This document shows positions 39,480 through 48,728 of a stretch of DNA of 64,000 bases, in pieces; within the stretch, counting starts at the first letter, position 1; each line of letters begins with the position of its first letter. The notes beneath the pieces are model-generated. The model was not told the origin of the DNA. It saw nothing but the letters and a program-made list of their open reading frames with translations, and made no database searches. The stretch is from Candidatus Omnitrophota bacterium (GTDB lineage: Bacteria > Omnitrophota > Gorgyraeia > Tantalellales > Tantalellaceae): assembly GCA_035403965.1 (NCBI GenBank), contig DAONGE010000002.1, positions 466-64,465 of the forward strand. Direction: 5' to 3'. The translations under genes and the position numbers were made by a program.

Positions 39480-40494
39480 AAAAAATAGAACAATGATAAT
39501 CGCCGAGGCCGGTGTTAACCACAACGGGGAGATCGAACTGGCTAAAAAACTAATAGACGCGGCGGCTTTTGCAGGTGCCGACGCTGTGAAGTTTCAGCTT
39601 TTTGTCCCGGAATTATTGGTTTCTCCGAAAGCCCAGATGTCATTATATCAGCAAAATAATATGGGAAAAAAAATGTCCCAGATGGAAATGTTAAAACAAT
39701 ATGTATTTGACGAAAAGATTTTAATAAAACTGATAGAATATGCCAAAAAAAGACGGATATCTCTTTTGATAACCCCGTTTGATAATGAAAGCCTGAAAGT
39801 GGTCAAACGGCTTGGGCGGCCATACATTAAGGTTGATTCCGGCGCTATAACAGATCATCCATTCCTTGAAAAGATAGCCAAAACAGGCATCCCGGTTATA
39901 TTGTCTACGGGGGCTTCGACAGTAAAAGAGATAAAAGAAGCGGTGGCGGTGATAGAACAATATCACAGGAAGATCTGTATACTCCATTGTACTTCATTGT
40001 ATCCCTCCCCGTATAATAAAATAAACCTGAATGCAATTGTTACAATGATGAAAGCATTTAAATATCCGGTTGGATATTCAGACCATTCTATCGGCATTGA
40101 AGTAGCGATAGCTGCCGTTGCTATGGGGGCTAAGGTTATAGAGAAACATTTTACACTAAATAAAAAAATGAAAGGTCCGGATCATAAAGCGTCGATAGAT
40201 CCGTATGAACTGGTCGCAATGGTTAGAGCTATAAGAAATGTGGAAGATGCATTAGGATCTTTTGAAAAAAAACCTTCACCGGATGAAAAGACAGTGATGA
40301 AAAATGGGAGAAGAAGCATTGTTGCTTTGCAGAATATGGATAAAGGCACGATTTTGCGAGAAAAAGATCTGGCTGTTAGGCGTCCGGGTACCGGTATTTC
40401 TCCGAAATATTTCAAGAGGGTAATTGGTAAGGTTTTATTACGTAAAGTTGATAGAGATGAACCTCTAATGTTGTCACATATAGGAGATATCTGA
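39469..40494 (+). CDS. NeuB-family nonulosonic acid synthase (N-acetylneuraminate/legionaminate synthase-like)
   Basis: 341 aa; IIAEAGVNHNGEIELAKKLIDAA..GADAVKFQ TIM-barrel N-terminus and C-terminal SAF/antifreeze-like domain. Confidence 0.85.
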   Translation: MMIKKNRTMIIAEAGVNHNGEIELAKKLIDAAAFAGADAVKFQLFVPELLVSPKAQMSLYQQNNMGKKMSQMEMLKQYVFDEKILIKLIEYAKKRRISLLITPFDNESLKVVKRLGRPYIKVDSGAITDHPFLEKIAKTGIPVILSTGASTVKEIKEAVAVIEQYHRKICILHCTSLYPSPYNKINLNAIVTMMKAFKYPVGYSDHSIGIEVAIAAVAMGAKVIEKHFTLNKKMKGPDHKASIDPYELVAMVRAIRNVEDALGSFEKKPSPDEKTVMKNGRRSIVALQNMDKGTILREKDLAVRRPGTGISPKYFKRVIGKVLLRKVDRDEPLMLSHIGDI

Positions 40495-40496
40495 AA

Positions 40497-42326
40497 ATGG
40501 ATAGTTTACTGATCACAGTGCCGGTCTCAAGTCCCTTGCATCCTCAGGCGATGTTGCCTTGTTTGCAAGCTTTTTTGGAAAAAAAGGGTTTTTCCGTTAA
40601 GAGCATAGATTCAAATATTGATTTTTTTTGGTATATGCTGGGCAAAGATTATGACATATCGACGCTTAAGGCATTCGATGAAAGCCCCATTAACGTATTG
40701 TCATTTTATAATAAGATGGAAAGTGATCTCGCTAAAAAATCAGTTAAATATAAAGGGTGTAGGGTTGGGCTTCGTAGTGTGAAAGTTTGTTATAATAGAA
40801 CTTCTTTTGAAGACGTGGCAAAGGCGGTATATGATACCGAAGCCAATCCGTTTATTGAATATTATGACCAGCTTATAGAAAAAAAGATAGCACCTGAAAG
40901 TCCCAAAATAGTTGGGATTTCCATAACTTTTCAAGATCAGATCGTCGCGGCATTTACCTTAGCGCGTATGCTTAGAGAGAAAATGCCTTCGGTAAAAATA
41001 GTTCTTGGCGGACAAATGATTACGCGGTGCCATGACACTCTTTTTGGTTCCGACGAACTGAGAACATTTTGGGACTATCTTGTGTTATGGGAGGGGGAAG
41101 TGCCGCTATGGGATATACACGAAGAGATCATTAACCATAAAGAGGTGGAGTATATAAACGTGTTGGTAAATGGGAAACCATTCAAGGGTATTGACAGAAG
41201 CAAAAAAGGGCTTTCGGCGAATGAACAGTATCCGCCGGTTTTTAAGGATATAGAGTTCGATAGGTATTTTTATTCTGATTTTCTTATACCGATACAAACA
41301 TCGAGAAGCTGTTATGGCAAATGTGAGTTTTGTGCTATTCCCTTTGGTGCAAATTCTAATTTTAGGACAAAAACTGCCGATCAGTTATTGGAACATGTAA
41401 TGCGGATAAAAGAAGAAGTAAAGGCCAAATACGGGCGAGATGCCATATTCTTTAAATTTATGGATGATACTTCTTTGTCGAAAGTGCTATTCGAATTTTC
41501 AAAAAAAGTGGAAAAGATGGAAGTGAATATTAAATGGGAAGCATTTGTGCGACTTGATGAGGATTATGCGGACGACGAATTTATGGCCCAGCTTTACAGG
41601 GGTGGCTGCCGGAAACTTTGCTGGGGTTTAGAATCCAGCGATCCCGATATTCTTGAAAAGATGAACAAAAAAAATACCAATAATCGGAGCACCAGAATTT
41701 TAAACGCTTCAGCGAAAGCGGGCATTCTGAATTTTTGTTTCGTCCTTGTGGGCTTCCCGGGCGAGACACAGAAACAGAGAGATAATATGACGGAATACAT
41801 TATAAACAATCCGGACGTGCATGTTTTAACGATATCGACGTTTGATTTTACGAGGTTTTCAAATATGCACATAAATTATTCATATCCAAATAAATACGGC
41901 CTTTTTAGCGAAAAAGCTCAAGGTTTTGAAGTCAGGTTGCCATATGTAATTGATGGGTCAGATAATTGGAAGCATATGATAGTTACACAGGCTCATGAGA
42001 TGCTTTTTAAAATAATTTCAAAGCGCCCGGATATCGGTTTTATGAGCTTGTTTCCGGATCAGATCAGAATGACGTATTGCGATATTTTTGGGAATGGATG
42101 GGGAAGGGAATTTGTAAAAAAATATGGTGAAGATAATATCAGATCTTTTTTAACCGGAACGGAAGATTTTATTAAAGCTTTCAAGGATGGGGATGAATTG
42201 GATGTGTCAAAATTACCCGAACCTATTCTGAGGGAATATCATCGCGAAATAGAAGATTTAGAGGCGATCAGACAAGCTATTGAAAGAAGAAAAGCCTATG
42301 AAAATAGGCGGATGGATCAGGTATGA
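40497..42326 (+). CDS. B12-binding domain radical SAM enzyme (second copy)
   Basis: 609 aa; N-terminal B12-binding-like region; CYGKCEFC CxxxCxxC radical SAM motif. Confidence 0.75.
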   Translation: MDSLLITVPVSSPLHPQAMLPCLQAFLEKKGFSVKSIDSNIDFFWYMLGKDYDISTLKAFDESPINVLSFYNKMESDLAKKSVKYKGCRVGLRSVKVCYNRTSFEDVAKAVYDTEANPFIEYYDQLIEKKIAPESPKIVGISITFQDQIVAAFTLARMLREKMPSVKIVLGGQMITRCHDTLFGSDELRTFWDYLVLWEGEVPLWDIHEEIINHKEVEYINVLVNGKPFKGIDRSKKGLSANEQYPPVFKDIEFDRYFYSDFLIPIQTSRSCYGKCEFCAIPFGANSNFRTKTADQLLEHVMRIKEEVKAKYGRDAIFFKFMDDTSLSKVLFEFSKKVEKMEVNIKWEAFVRLDEDYADDEFMAQLYRGGCRKLCWGLESSDPDILEKMNKKNTNNRSTRILNASAKAGILNFCFVLVGFPGETQKQRDNMTEYIINNPDVHVLTISTFDFTRFSNMHINYSYPNKYGLFSEKAQGFEVRLPYVIDGSDNWKHMIVTQAHEMLFKIISKRPDIGFMSLFPDQIRMTYCDIFGNGWGREFVKKYGEDNIRSFLTGTEDFIKAFKDGDELDVSKLPEPILREYHREIEDLEAIRQAIERRKAYENRRMDQV

Positions 42327-43465
42327 ATATAGAAAAATATATATTGTCGAAGAAGACTGTTTTAGACAGCGCATCACAGTGCCAATGGAAGGCGCGTTTA
42401 GACACGAAAATGGGATTTTTTAACGGAATTAAAGAGAAACCGCATGAGCTCTATCAATATTTTGAAAGAAGAGTGCGAACCGAAGAATTAAAAGCTTGGT
42501 ATAGCTCTCCGGATCCCGGTGACCTTTTCCAGGGAACATCTATATCGTCGCTGGTTATCCCTGCAACATTCAAAAGGCCGTTGGAGATAAAAGGAGTAGA
42601 ACAGCTGGTAGAGGAGATAGCGGATTGCTATATCAGGTATCACGATAAATATGCTAAAGCCGTAAGTGATGCGATTGTTGAGAGCGTTGAGGGATGGATA
42701 AAAGAGGGGCTATTTTATGGAGTTGTTTTGCCGTCAAAGATCATTTCGCAGGCTTTTGATCTAGCTGTTGACACTCGGTCACTGGTAGTTGATATCGAAG
42801 GTGACGCGATCGATCCGCATGAAATTACCTCGTATCCCGCAGAGATAAGAGAAAAATATTTTAACTCTGTAAGGCCTGGTATTGAATGTTTAAGCGACAT
42901 GAATATTAGCAGACAGGAGTTTGAGGCGAGTTTAATTCTTGCCGATGTAAGCAAACCAAAAATACAAAAGTATAAAGGAAAGGCGCTCTTGGGCCCTATT
43001 AAATGTAACGAGATCGCGGCATATATGGCGCAGGATATAAAAGCCCTGATACGGTCTAAGACGAAAGGGAGGATTTCTCCGCGCAGTTTTGAAGTGGTCA
43101 TATATGATACCGATACACCATATACATATCATCATGTAATGGAGTATAACGGTGATCCAGACGCTCCCTGTTTACCCGGATTGACGCTTCTTGGAGCCAG
43201 CGGTTCAATAGATGCTTTTAGATGGTTGTATGCGTATAGAGTGAGCCTTGTTGCGCAAAAAATGATGAAAGGGTCTTTGTATTCGCAGTACAAGGCATCA
43301 TTTACGCCATTTGTTTTTATGGGAGTATTGGTGCCACGTGATGCGGAGATACTTATAGATATGAATGACCTGGATCTATTGCGCTACGAAGGTAATATTT
43401 CACCAAGAGTTGAGTTTGGATATCTTGCGGAAGAGATGATGAATTATATTAAAAGGGGTAAATAA
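42323..43465 (+). CDS. Hypothetical protein (380 aa), translationally coupled to the upstream radical SAM gene
   Basis: ATGA overlap with the upstream gene; no motif I can recognise by eye. Confidence 0.5.
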   Translation: MNIEKYILSKKTVLDSASQCQWKARLDTKMGFFNGIKEKPHELYQYFERRVRTEELKAWYSSPDPGDLFQGTSISSLVIPATFKRPLEIKGVEQLVEEIADCYIRYHDKYAKAVSDAIVESVEGWIKEGLFYGVVLPSKIISQAFDLAVDTRSLVVDIEGDAIDPHEITSYPAEIREKYFNSVRPGIECLSDMNISRQEFEASLILADVSKPKIQKYKGKALLGPIKCNEIAAYMAQDIKALIRSKTKGRISPRSFEVVIYDTDTPYTYHHVMEYNGDPDAPCLPGLTLLGASGSIDAFRWLYAYRVSLVAQKMMKGSLYSQYKASFTPFVFMGVLVPRDAEILIDMNDLDLLRYEGNISPRVEFGYLAEEMMNYIKRGK

Positions 43466-44215
43466 ATGTGTACCATCGGGACCGATCGGTCGTTAAATAT
43501 TATTTTTAAGAATCGGGACAAAAATATCGATACTACAGAGGAGGTTATACACGGCAAAGGGTTTCTTGCGGTAAGGACCAAAGGCGCCGGATATTACAGT
43601 TTGGGTTTCAATGATATGGGTTGTGGGTTTGTTAGTGCGGCTGTAAATTCCCCGGAATGGACGTATTTGGCAGAGAATGGGAAGGCCGAAGCCGCCAAAG
43701 AGCTGGCACAAAAAGAAAATGAGGGACTTGTGTCCCCGACGGTTATAGTTTCGTCCATGTTGTCGGAGATCAGTACGGTAGATGAATGGATAAATAGTAT
43801 TGAACGGCAGAAAGTTGCATATAAGGGTTATAAAGTATTAATGGCGGATAAGTGCAAAGCCTGCATAGTTGAAACGTATAAAAACAAAGTGGTTGTTACC
43901 GATTTTCCGTCTGGCAAGGGGGAAAGTACCAATCATTTTTTTAATATTAAATTTGGTCCGATTAAGTATGAAGATTATCCCAGTTCCTTCGACAGGTATA
44001 AATATATAACAGAGAAAATGAGATCTGTAAAAAAGATAGAAGATGTATTTTTGGTTTTAAATCCTAAGGATCCGTCGGATAGAGAGCGTATCTGGAGATC
44101 TGGTAAAAACGGAAAATTTTTTACTATTTCTTCAAGTGTGGTTGATTTGAAAAGGAAATGTTTGTATTTCCTGAAAAATGGCGAAAATCAGTATAAAAAA
44201 ACTTGTATTCAATAG
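43466..44215 (+). CDS. Hypothetical protein with an Met-Cys-Thr N-terminus (possible Ntn-hydrolase/acyl-transferase-type fold)
   Basis: 249 aa; begins MCTIG..; Cys2 as N-terminal nucleophile is typical of choloylglycine-hydrolase/IAT-like Ntn enzymes; assignment is tentative. Confidence 0.3.
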   Translation: MCTIGTDRSLNIIFKNRDKNIDTTEEVIHGKGFLAVRTKGAGYYSLGFNDMGCGFVSAAVNSPEWTYLAENGKAEAAKELAQKENEGLVSPTVIVSSMLSEISTVDEWINSIERQKVAYKGYKVLMADKCKACIVETYKNKVVVTDFPSGKGESTNHFFNIKFGPIKYEDYPSSFDRYKYITEKMRSVKKIEDVFLVLNPKDPSDRERIWRSGKNGKFFTISSSVVDLKRKCLYFLKNGENQYKKTCIQ

Positions 44216-44223
44216 GAGGAATC

Positions 44224-44988
44224 ATGAATAAGGGATTACACACAGATGTGTTTAAAGGAAATGCCAAAAAGATCGAGATGTCACGGTATATAGATCTTGA
44301 TATATACCACAGAGTTGAAAGAACCCATCCATTTTATGTTGAGATGGTCGGCGAAATGTGTGATCAGATCTCGAATAATGTAGAAGCGGTCGCTCAGCCA
44401 AGGATACTTGAGATAGGTGCGGGAACCGGGCTTCTCACTGCCGAGATATTGAAGCTCGGTAATATGAGAATAGATGCGGTAGAGTTGGATGAGGAGTGTT
44501 GTACCATACTTGAGAAATATGTGAGTGATCCCAGATGTAAATGTATTTGCGATAACGCGGTCACCTTTTCAGATACCGAAAAGTATGATGTTGTAGTTTC
44601 GTCTTTCGCCCATGATCATATTCATTATGATCAAAGATATGATTTTGCTAAGAATATTAAAAAGAATCTAAAACCGGGAGGCGTATATATAATGGGCGGC
44701 GAAGTTCTGCCATATTATACGAACGACATTGAGAGAGCAAAAGCCCTGTACGATTATCATGGTTTTATTGTAGATAAAGCTCTTAGAGACAGAAACTTTG
44801 AAGTGGCGCAGATCGAGATAAACGCGTTAAAGTCAGGGTTGGATATGACGGGTGATTTTAAAAGGCATGAGGCTATGTTCGAGGAGGAAATGGGTTCCTC
44901 CGGGTTGAATATGATTGTTAAGAAAAAAATAGGGCCGGTCGATAAAAATACGGTCGGCGGAGTTTTTGTCTATGTATACCAGAAATAA
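44224..44988 (+). CDS. Class I SAM-dependent methyltransferase
   Basis: AGGAGG RBS then ATG 44224; motif I ILEIGAGTGLLT, post-I acidic residue, motif II DVVVSS. Confidence 0.8.
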   Translation: MNKGLHTDVFKGNAKKIEMSRYIDLDIYHRVERTHPFYVEMVGEMCDQISNNVEAVAQPRILEIGAGTGLLTAEILKLGNMRIDAVELDEECCTILEKYVSDPRCKCICDNAVTFSDTEKYDVVVSSFAHDHIHYDQRYDFAKNIKKNLKPGGVYIMGGEVLPYYTNDIERAKALYDYHGFIVDKALRDRNFEVAQIEINALKSGLDMTGDFKRHEAMFEEEMGSSGLNMIVKKKIGPVDKNTVGGVFVYVYQK

Positions 44989-45214
44989 AAAGGATCTTGA
45001 TATTGCCATAAAAAAGATATTTGCGGAGACGTTTAACATCGCGGATGTCAGCGACGATGACTCTATAGAGACGATATCTTTGTGGGATTCTATGGGGCAT
45101 ATGGAGCTGATCTCCAGGATAGAAAACGATTTTAATGTTCGCATTGATCCGGAGGATATTATTAAACTAGTATCAGTAACGAGTATAAAAGAATTCTTGA
45201 GGGGGAAAGAATGA
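44966..45214 (+). CDS. Acyl/aminoacyl carrier protein (DltC/ACP-like)
   Basis: 82 aa; four-helix size; phosphopantetheine-attachment motif LWDSMGHMEL (DSx). Confidence 0.7.
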   Translation: MSMYTRNKKDLDIAIKKIFAETFNIADVSDDDSIETISLWDSMGHMELISRIENDFNVRIDPEDIIKLVSVTSIKEFLRGKE

Positions 45215-46692
45215 TTGGAACTTTTTATGAAAAGCTGATGGCCCCGTTTTTGAGATCTACCCGTATATTCTATAAGTATTTCGACGAGGAATATACATAT
45301 GGCCGGGCTTATTCCCTGATGAAGATAATAAATCATACGCTGAACCGTAATAATAAAAACCGTAAAAAGATAGTAGTATACGGGGGGAAAAGTTTTCCGG
45401 TATATTGCGCGATTTATAGCATTATATTGTCGGATAATGTGTGGATACCTATAACGCCGGGCATTCCGCCGGATAGACTTATGGCCATGATGGAGTTGCT
45501 TCATCCGGATATTTTTTTATATGAAGAGGAGATCCCTCAAGGGGTTGTCGAATCTGCGGGTAAAATCAAAATGGAAGTTATATCTTTGACTGATGTGGCG
45601 GAACGGAAAGAAAGTATGGATTTCGAAATGTGTAAATATTCCCCGAACGATTGGGCATATGTGATGTTCACTTCCGGGTCCACGGGTGTTCCTAAAGGCG
45701 TTCCGATGACCCATTTAAACTATATAAACTTCATAAATAATGCGATGGAGATATTACCTTTTCAAAAAGGTGAGATTTTTTCGGATTATCATGATTTTGC
45801 GTTTGATATTTCCATATTTTATATTTTCTGTGCGCCGCTTACCGAGGGTACTATTGCGCCGATAAGGAAAAAAGAAGAGCGCATGTTCCCGCTCAATCAC
45901 ATACAAAAGAACAAAATAACGGTATGGTCGTCGGTTCCGTCCGTAATAGCCTGCATACAGCGGCTCCGTCCCGCGGGCAAACTTGAAAACAGTATCAGGA
46001 TAATGTTTCTGTGCGGAGAGCCCTTCAGCCTGAGCATATTAAAATATTGCTATGAGAATTTAGATATCAAGGAAGTATATGATTTTTATGGTTTGACCGA
46101 AACCGGTGTTGAGAATTTTTACCATCATTGCTCTATAGACGATCTTGAACGCTTTAGGGAAAAGGGATTTGTCCCAATAGGCAGGCCATTGAAAGGGAAC
46201 GATATAAAGGTGACGGAGGAAAAAGAATTGCTTTTGAGCGGGTGCCAGGTGACGCCGGGATACTTAGGTAACATTGAACAGGGGCGTTTCGAGACAATAG
46301 AAGGGGATCGCTGGTATCACACCGGTGATATAGTTGAAAAATTTGAAGATGTTTATTTTTGTAAAGGGCGCATTGATTCCCAGGTGAAAATAAGCGGACA
46401 TAGGATAGAGCTGATGGATATTGAGGTGCATATAAAACAATTTCCCGGGATAAAAGAGGCGATATGTTTTGTGACCGAACAGACGATGGGTGTGAAACGG
46501 TTGGCATGTGCTGTAGAAACACAAGATCAGGCCGATACAGTTATTCCAGGGCTCGAAGGATGGCTTAGAGGCAAACTGCCGGAATATATGGTTCCCAAAG
46601 TGATACATCATATTAAGGCGATGCCTACTAATAATAACGGCAAGATAGACAGAAAAGCTATTCGGGAGATGTTTTCCCAAGGTGCGCGGTGA
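45211..46692 (+). CDS. AMP-dependent synthetase/ligase (adenylation enzyme, DltA/NRPS-A-domain-like) that loads the adjacent carrier protein
   Basis: 493 aa; core motifs YVMFTSGSTGVPKGV (A3), WYHTGD (A7), GRIDSQVKISGHRIEL (A8); start overlaps the ACP stop (ATGA). Confidence 0.85.
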   Translation: MIGTFYEKLMAPFLRSTRIFYKYFDEEYTYGRAYSLMKIINHTLNRNNKNRKKIVVYGGKSFPVYCAIYSIILSDNVWIPITPGIPPDRLMAMMELLHPDIFLYEEEIPQGVVESAGKIKMEVISLTDVAERKESMDFEMCKYSPNDWAYVMFTSGSTGVPKGVPMTHLNYINFINNAMEILPFQKGEIFSDYHDFAFDISIFYIFCAPLTEGTIAPIRKKEERMFPLNHIQKNKITVWSSVPSVIACIQRLRPAGKLENSIRIMFLCGEPFSLSILKYCYENLDIKEVYDFYGLTETGVENFYHHCSIDDLERFREKGFVPIGRPLKGNDIKVTEEKELLLSGCQVTPGYLGNIEQGRFETIEGDRWYHTGDIVEKFEDVYFCKGRIDSQVKISGHRIELMDIEVHIKQFPGIKEAICFVTEQTMGVKRLACAVETQDQADTVIPGLEGWLRGKLPEYMVPKVIHHIKAMPTNNNGKIDRKAIREMFSQGAR

Positions 46693-46696
46693 AATA

Positions 46697-47548
46697 ATGC
46701 CTAACGGTAAACCGATCGAAATAGCGTGTGTTCAAACGCCCAAAGAATTAATTGGGATCAAAGCGGGAGTGCAGGCCCTTTTCTTTGACGTTTTTGGGAA
46801 ACGTTTAAATGATAAAGCATGGGAACATTATTATCTGAACTCTCCGTATGGTAATGCTGCGGTGTTTATTGCGATGGTTGGGTCGAGAATAATCGCACAC
46901 GGAGGTATAATTCCGCAATTATTGGGTTCCGTAACGGGCGAAAGTATTCCATATTATCTGCAGACGGCTATTATGGTCGATGAAAAATACAGAAACCTTA
47001 TCGTATTTAAAAAACTCATGGATGCGATACATTCATATGTCGAAGCGAAAAAGACCTTTGTCATAGCTTTCCCTAATGATCATTCGTTCGGGCCATTCGT
47101 CAAACTTCTTAAATGGAAAAAAATCACAGAGTACAACATATCGCAGTATGAAGAATGTAATTCAAACTGTTCCGGGGCGACGGGTAGCGCGGGGGAGTAT
47201 AGATATGACATTAAGATCGATAGACAATTTCTTTCCTGGCGCGGAGAATTAAATGGTATTAAAAAAGAAGAAACATCTAATTATAAAATGATCTGCAAAG
47301 AATATGAAGGAGCGCTTGAGATATTATATGTGGATGGGCACGGAATTGATTTTAGGGAGATCATGAAAAGAACGGCGCATAAACGGATAAATATACCGGA
47401 TTGTTTCTTGCCGTATGGAAAAATGGACGGGCTGATACGCGTAGGACAGGTTGGCATACCGCAGAGGTTTTGCGCATATCCGGGAGAGTCCGATAAAATG
47501 AAATATTCCGATATCAAACCGTCATTATTGTTATCGGATGTTTTTTAA
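46697..47548 (+). CDS. Hypothetical protein, possible GNAT-fold/FemAB-like acyltransferase
   Basis: 284 aa from ATG 46697; alternating beta/alpha pattern reminiscent of GNAT; weak. Confidence 0.3.
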   Translation: MPNGKPIEIACVQTPKELIGIKAGVQALFFDVFGKRLNDKAWEHYYLNSPYGNAAVFIAMVGSRIIAHGGIIPQLLGSVTGESIPYYLQTAIMVDEKYRNLIVFKKLMDAIHSYVEAKKTFVIAFPNDHSFGPFVKLLKWKKITEYNISQYEECNSNCSGATGSAGEYRYDIKIDRQFLSWRGELNGIKKEETSNYKMICKEYEGALEILYVDGHGIDFREIMKRTAHKRINIPDCFLPYGKMDGLIRVGQVGIPQRFCAYPGESDKMKYSDIKPSLLLSDVF

Positions 47549-47558
47549 GGGGGATTGA

Positions 47559-48728
47559 ATGCGAAAAAAAATAGTGGCATTATCGGGCATACGTTCAGAG
47601 TATGATATATTGTTTCCGGTCATAGAAGCCATAAAAAGTGATGATGCTTTTGACGTTTCAATAATTGCCTGTGGAGCGCATCTTTCAGAGAGTTTTGGAT
47701 ATACCGTTAAAGATATTGAAAAGGATGGAGTCAGGATAGATGCCCGTATAAATAATCTTTTGGATAGTGATAGTGAGATTGGTAAGGCAAAAGGAGCCGG
47801 TTTGTTAGCGGTAGGGCTTAGCGATGTGCTCGATAGGCTTAGGCCGGATTATTTAATGGTTGTAGGAGATAGGGAGGAATCGGTTATAGCAGGAGTTATA
47901 TGTACATATTTAGGTATACCATTTGTGCATTTGTGCGGAGGAGATAGAACGGATCCTAAAGCAGGAGATGTCGATGAGCCTATCCGACATGCTGCCTCGA
48001 AAATGGCAGCGCTCCATTTTACAATGAATGAGCAGCACCGGGAAAGATTGATCAGGATGGGTGAGGAGCCATGGCGTGTTCATAATGTCGGAGATCCTGG
48101 GTTGGACAGGTTTGCTAAAGTAGAGAAAATGGAAAAACATGAGGTTTTGGGATATTTCGGTTTTAATGCAATCCCGGAGAAGCCCCTTATTCTTGTATTG
48201 CAGCACGTTATCAGCGGGGAGGCGGAGAAAGCACATGAACAGATCGAAGTTACCCTGGAGGCTGTGACAAAATTAAAAGCGAATTGTGTGATCAATTATC
48301 CGAATAGTGACATGGGAAGCCGTGCGATCATAAACGTTATAGAGAGTTATAGAGAATATCCGAATGTGAAGATAACTAAAAATATCCCAAGAAAGGAATT
48401 TGTAAATTTATTGAGGAATGTCGATCTTGTTGTGGGGAATTCAAGTATGTCTATTTTAGAAGGATGCTTTTTGAGGTTTCCCGCAATAAATGTCGGTGAA
48501 AGAAATCAGGATAGAATGAACGGCGGAAATGTTGTTTTTGTCGAAGAGAATTTCGCAAAAATAAAGGAAACAGCCGAGCGAATATTATCGGATAAAGTGT
48601 ATTCCGGAGAGCTTAAAGCATGCCGGCCGGTATATGGTGACGGGAATGCTTCAAAAAGAATTGTAGAAATACTTAAAGGGATCCCGAAGACGAGAACGGA
48701 ATTACTCGCAAAAAGGATGACCTATTGA
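47559..48728 (+). CDS. UDP/GDP-N-acetylglucosamine 2-epimerase (hydrolysing), NeuC/LegG family
   Basis: 389 aa; KIVALSGIRSEYDILFPVIEAI N-terminus and HVE/GGDR motifs typical of hydrolysing 2-epimerases. Confidence 0.8.
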   Translation: MRKKIVALSGIRSEYDILFPVIEAIKSDDAFDVSIIACGAHLSESFGYTVKDIEKDGVRIDARINNLLDSDSEIGKAKGAGLLAVGLSDVLDRLRPDYLMVVGDREESVIAGVICTYLGIPFVHLCGGDRTDPKAGDVDEPIRHAASKMAALHFTMNEQHRERLIRMGEEPWRVHNVGDPGLDRFAKVEKMEKHEVLGYFGFNAIPEKPLILVLQHVISGEAEKAHEQIEVTLEAVTKLKANCVINYPNSDMGSRAIINVIESYREYPNVKITKNIPRKEFVNLLRNVDLVVGNSSMSILEGCFLRFPAINVGERNQDRMNGGNVVFVEENFAKIKETAERILSDKVYSGELKACRPVYGDGNASKRIVEILKGIPKTRTELLAKRMTY

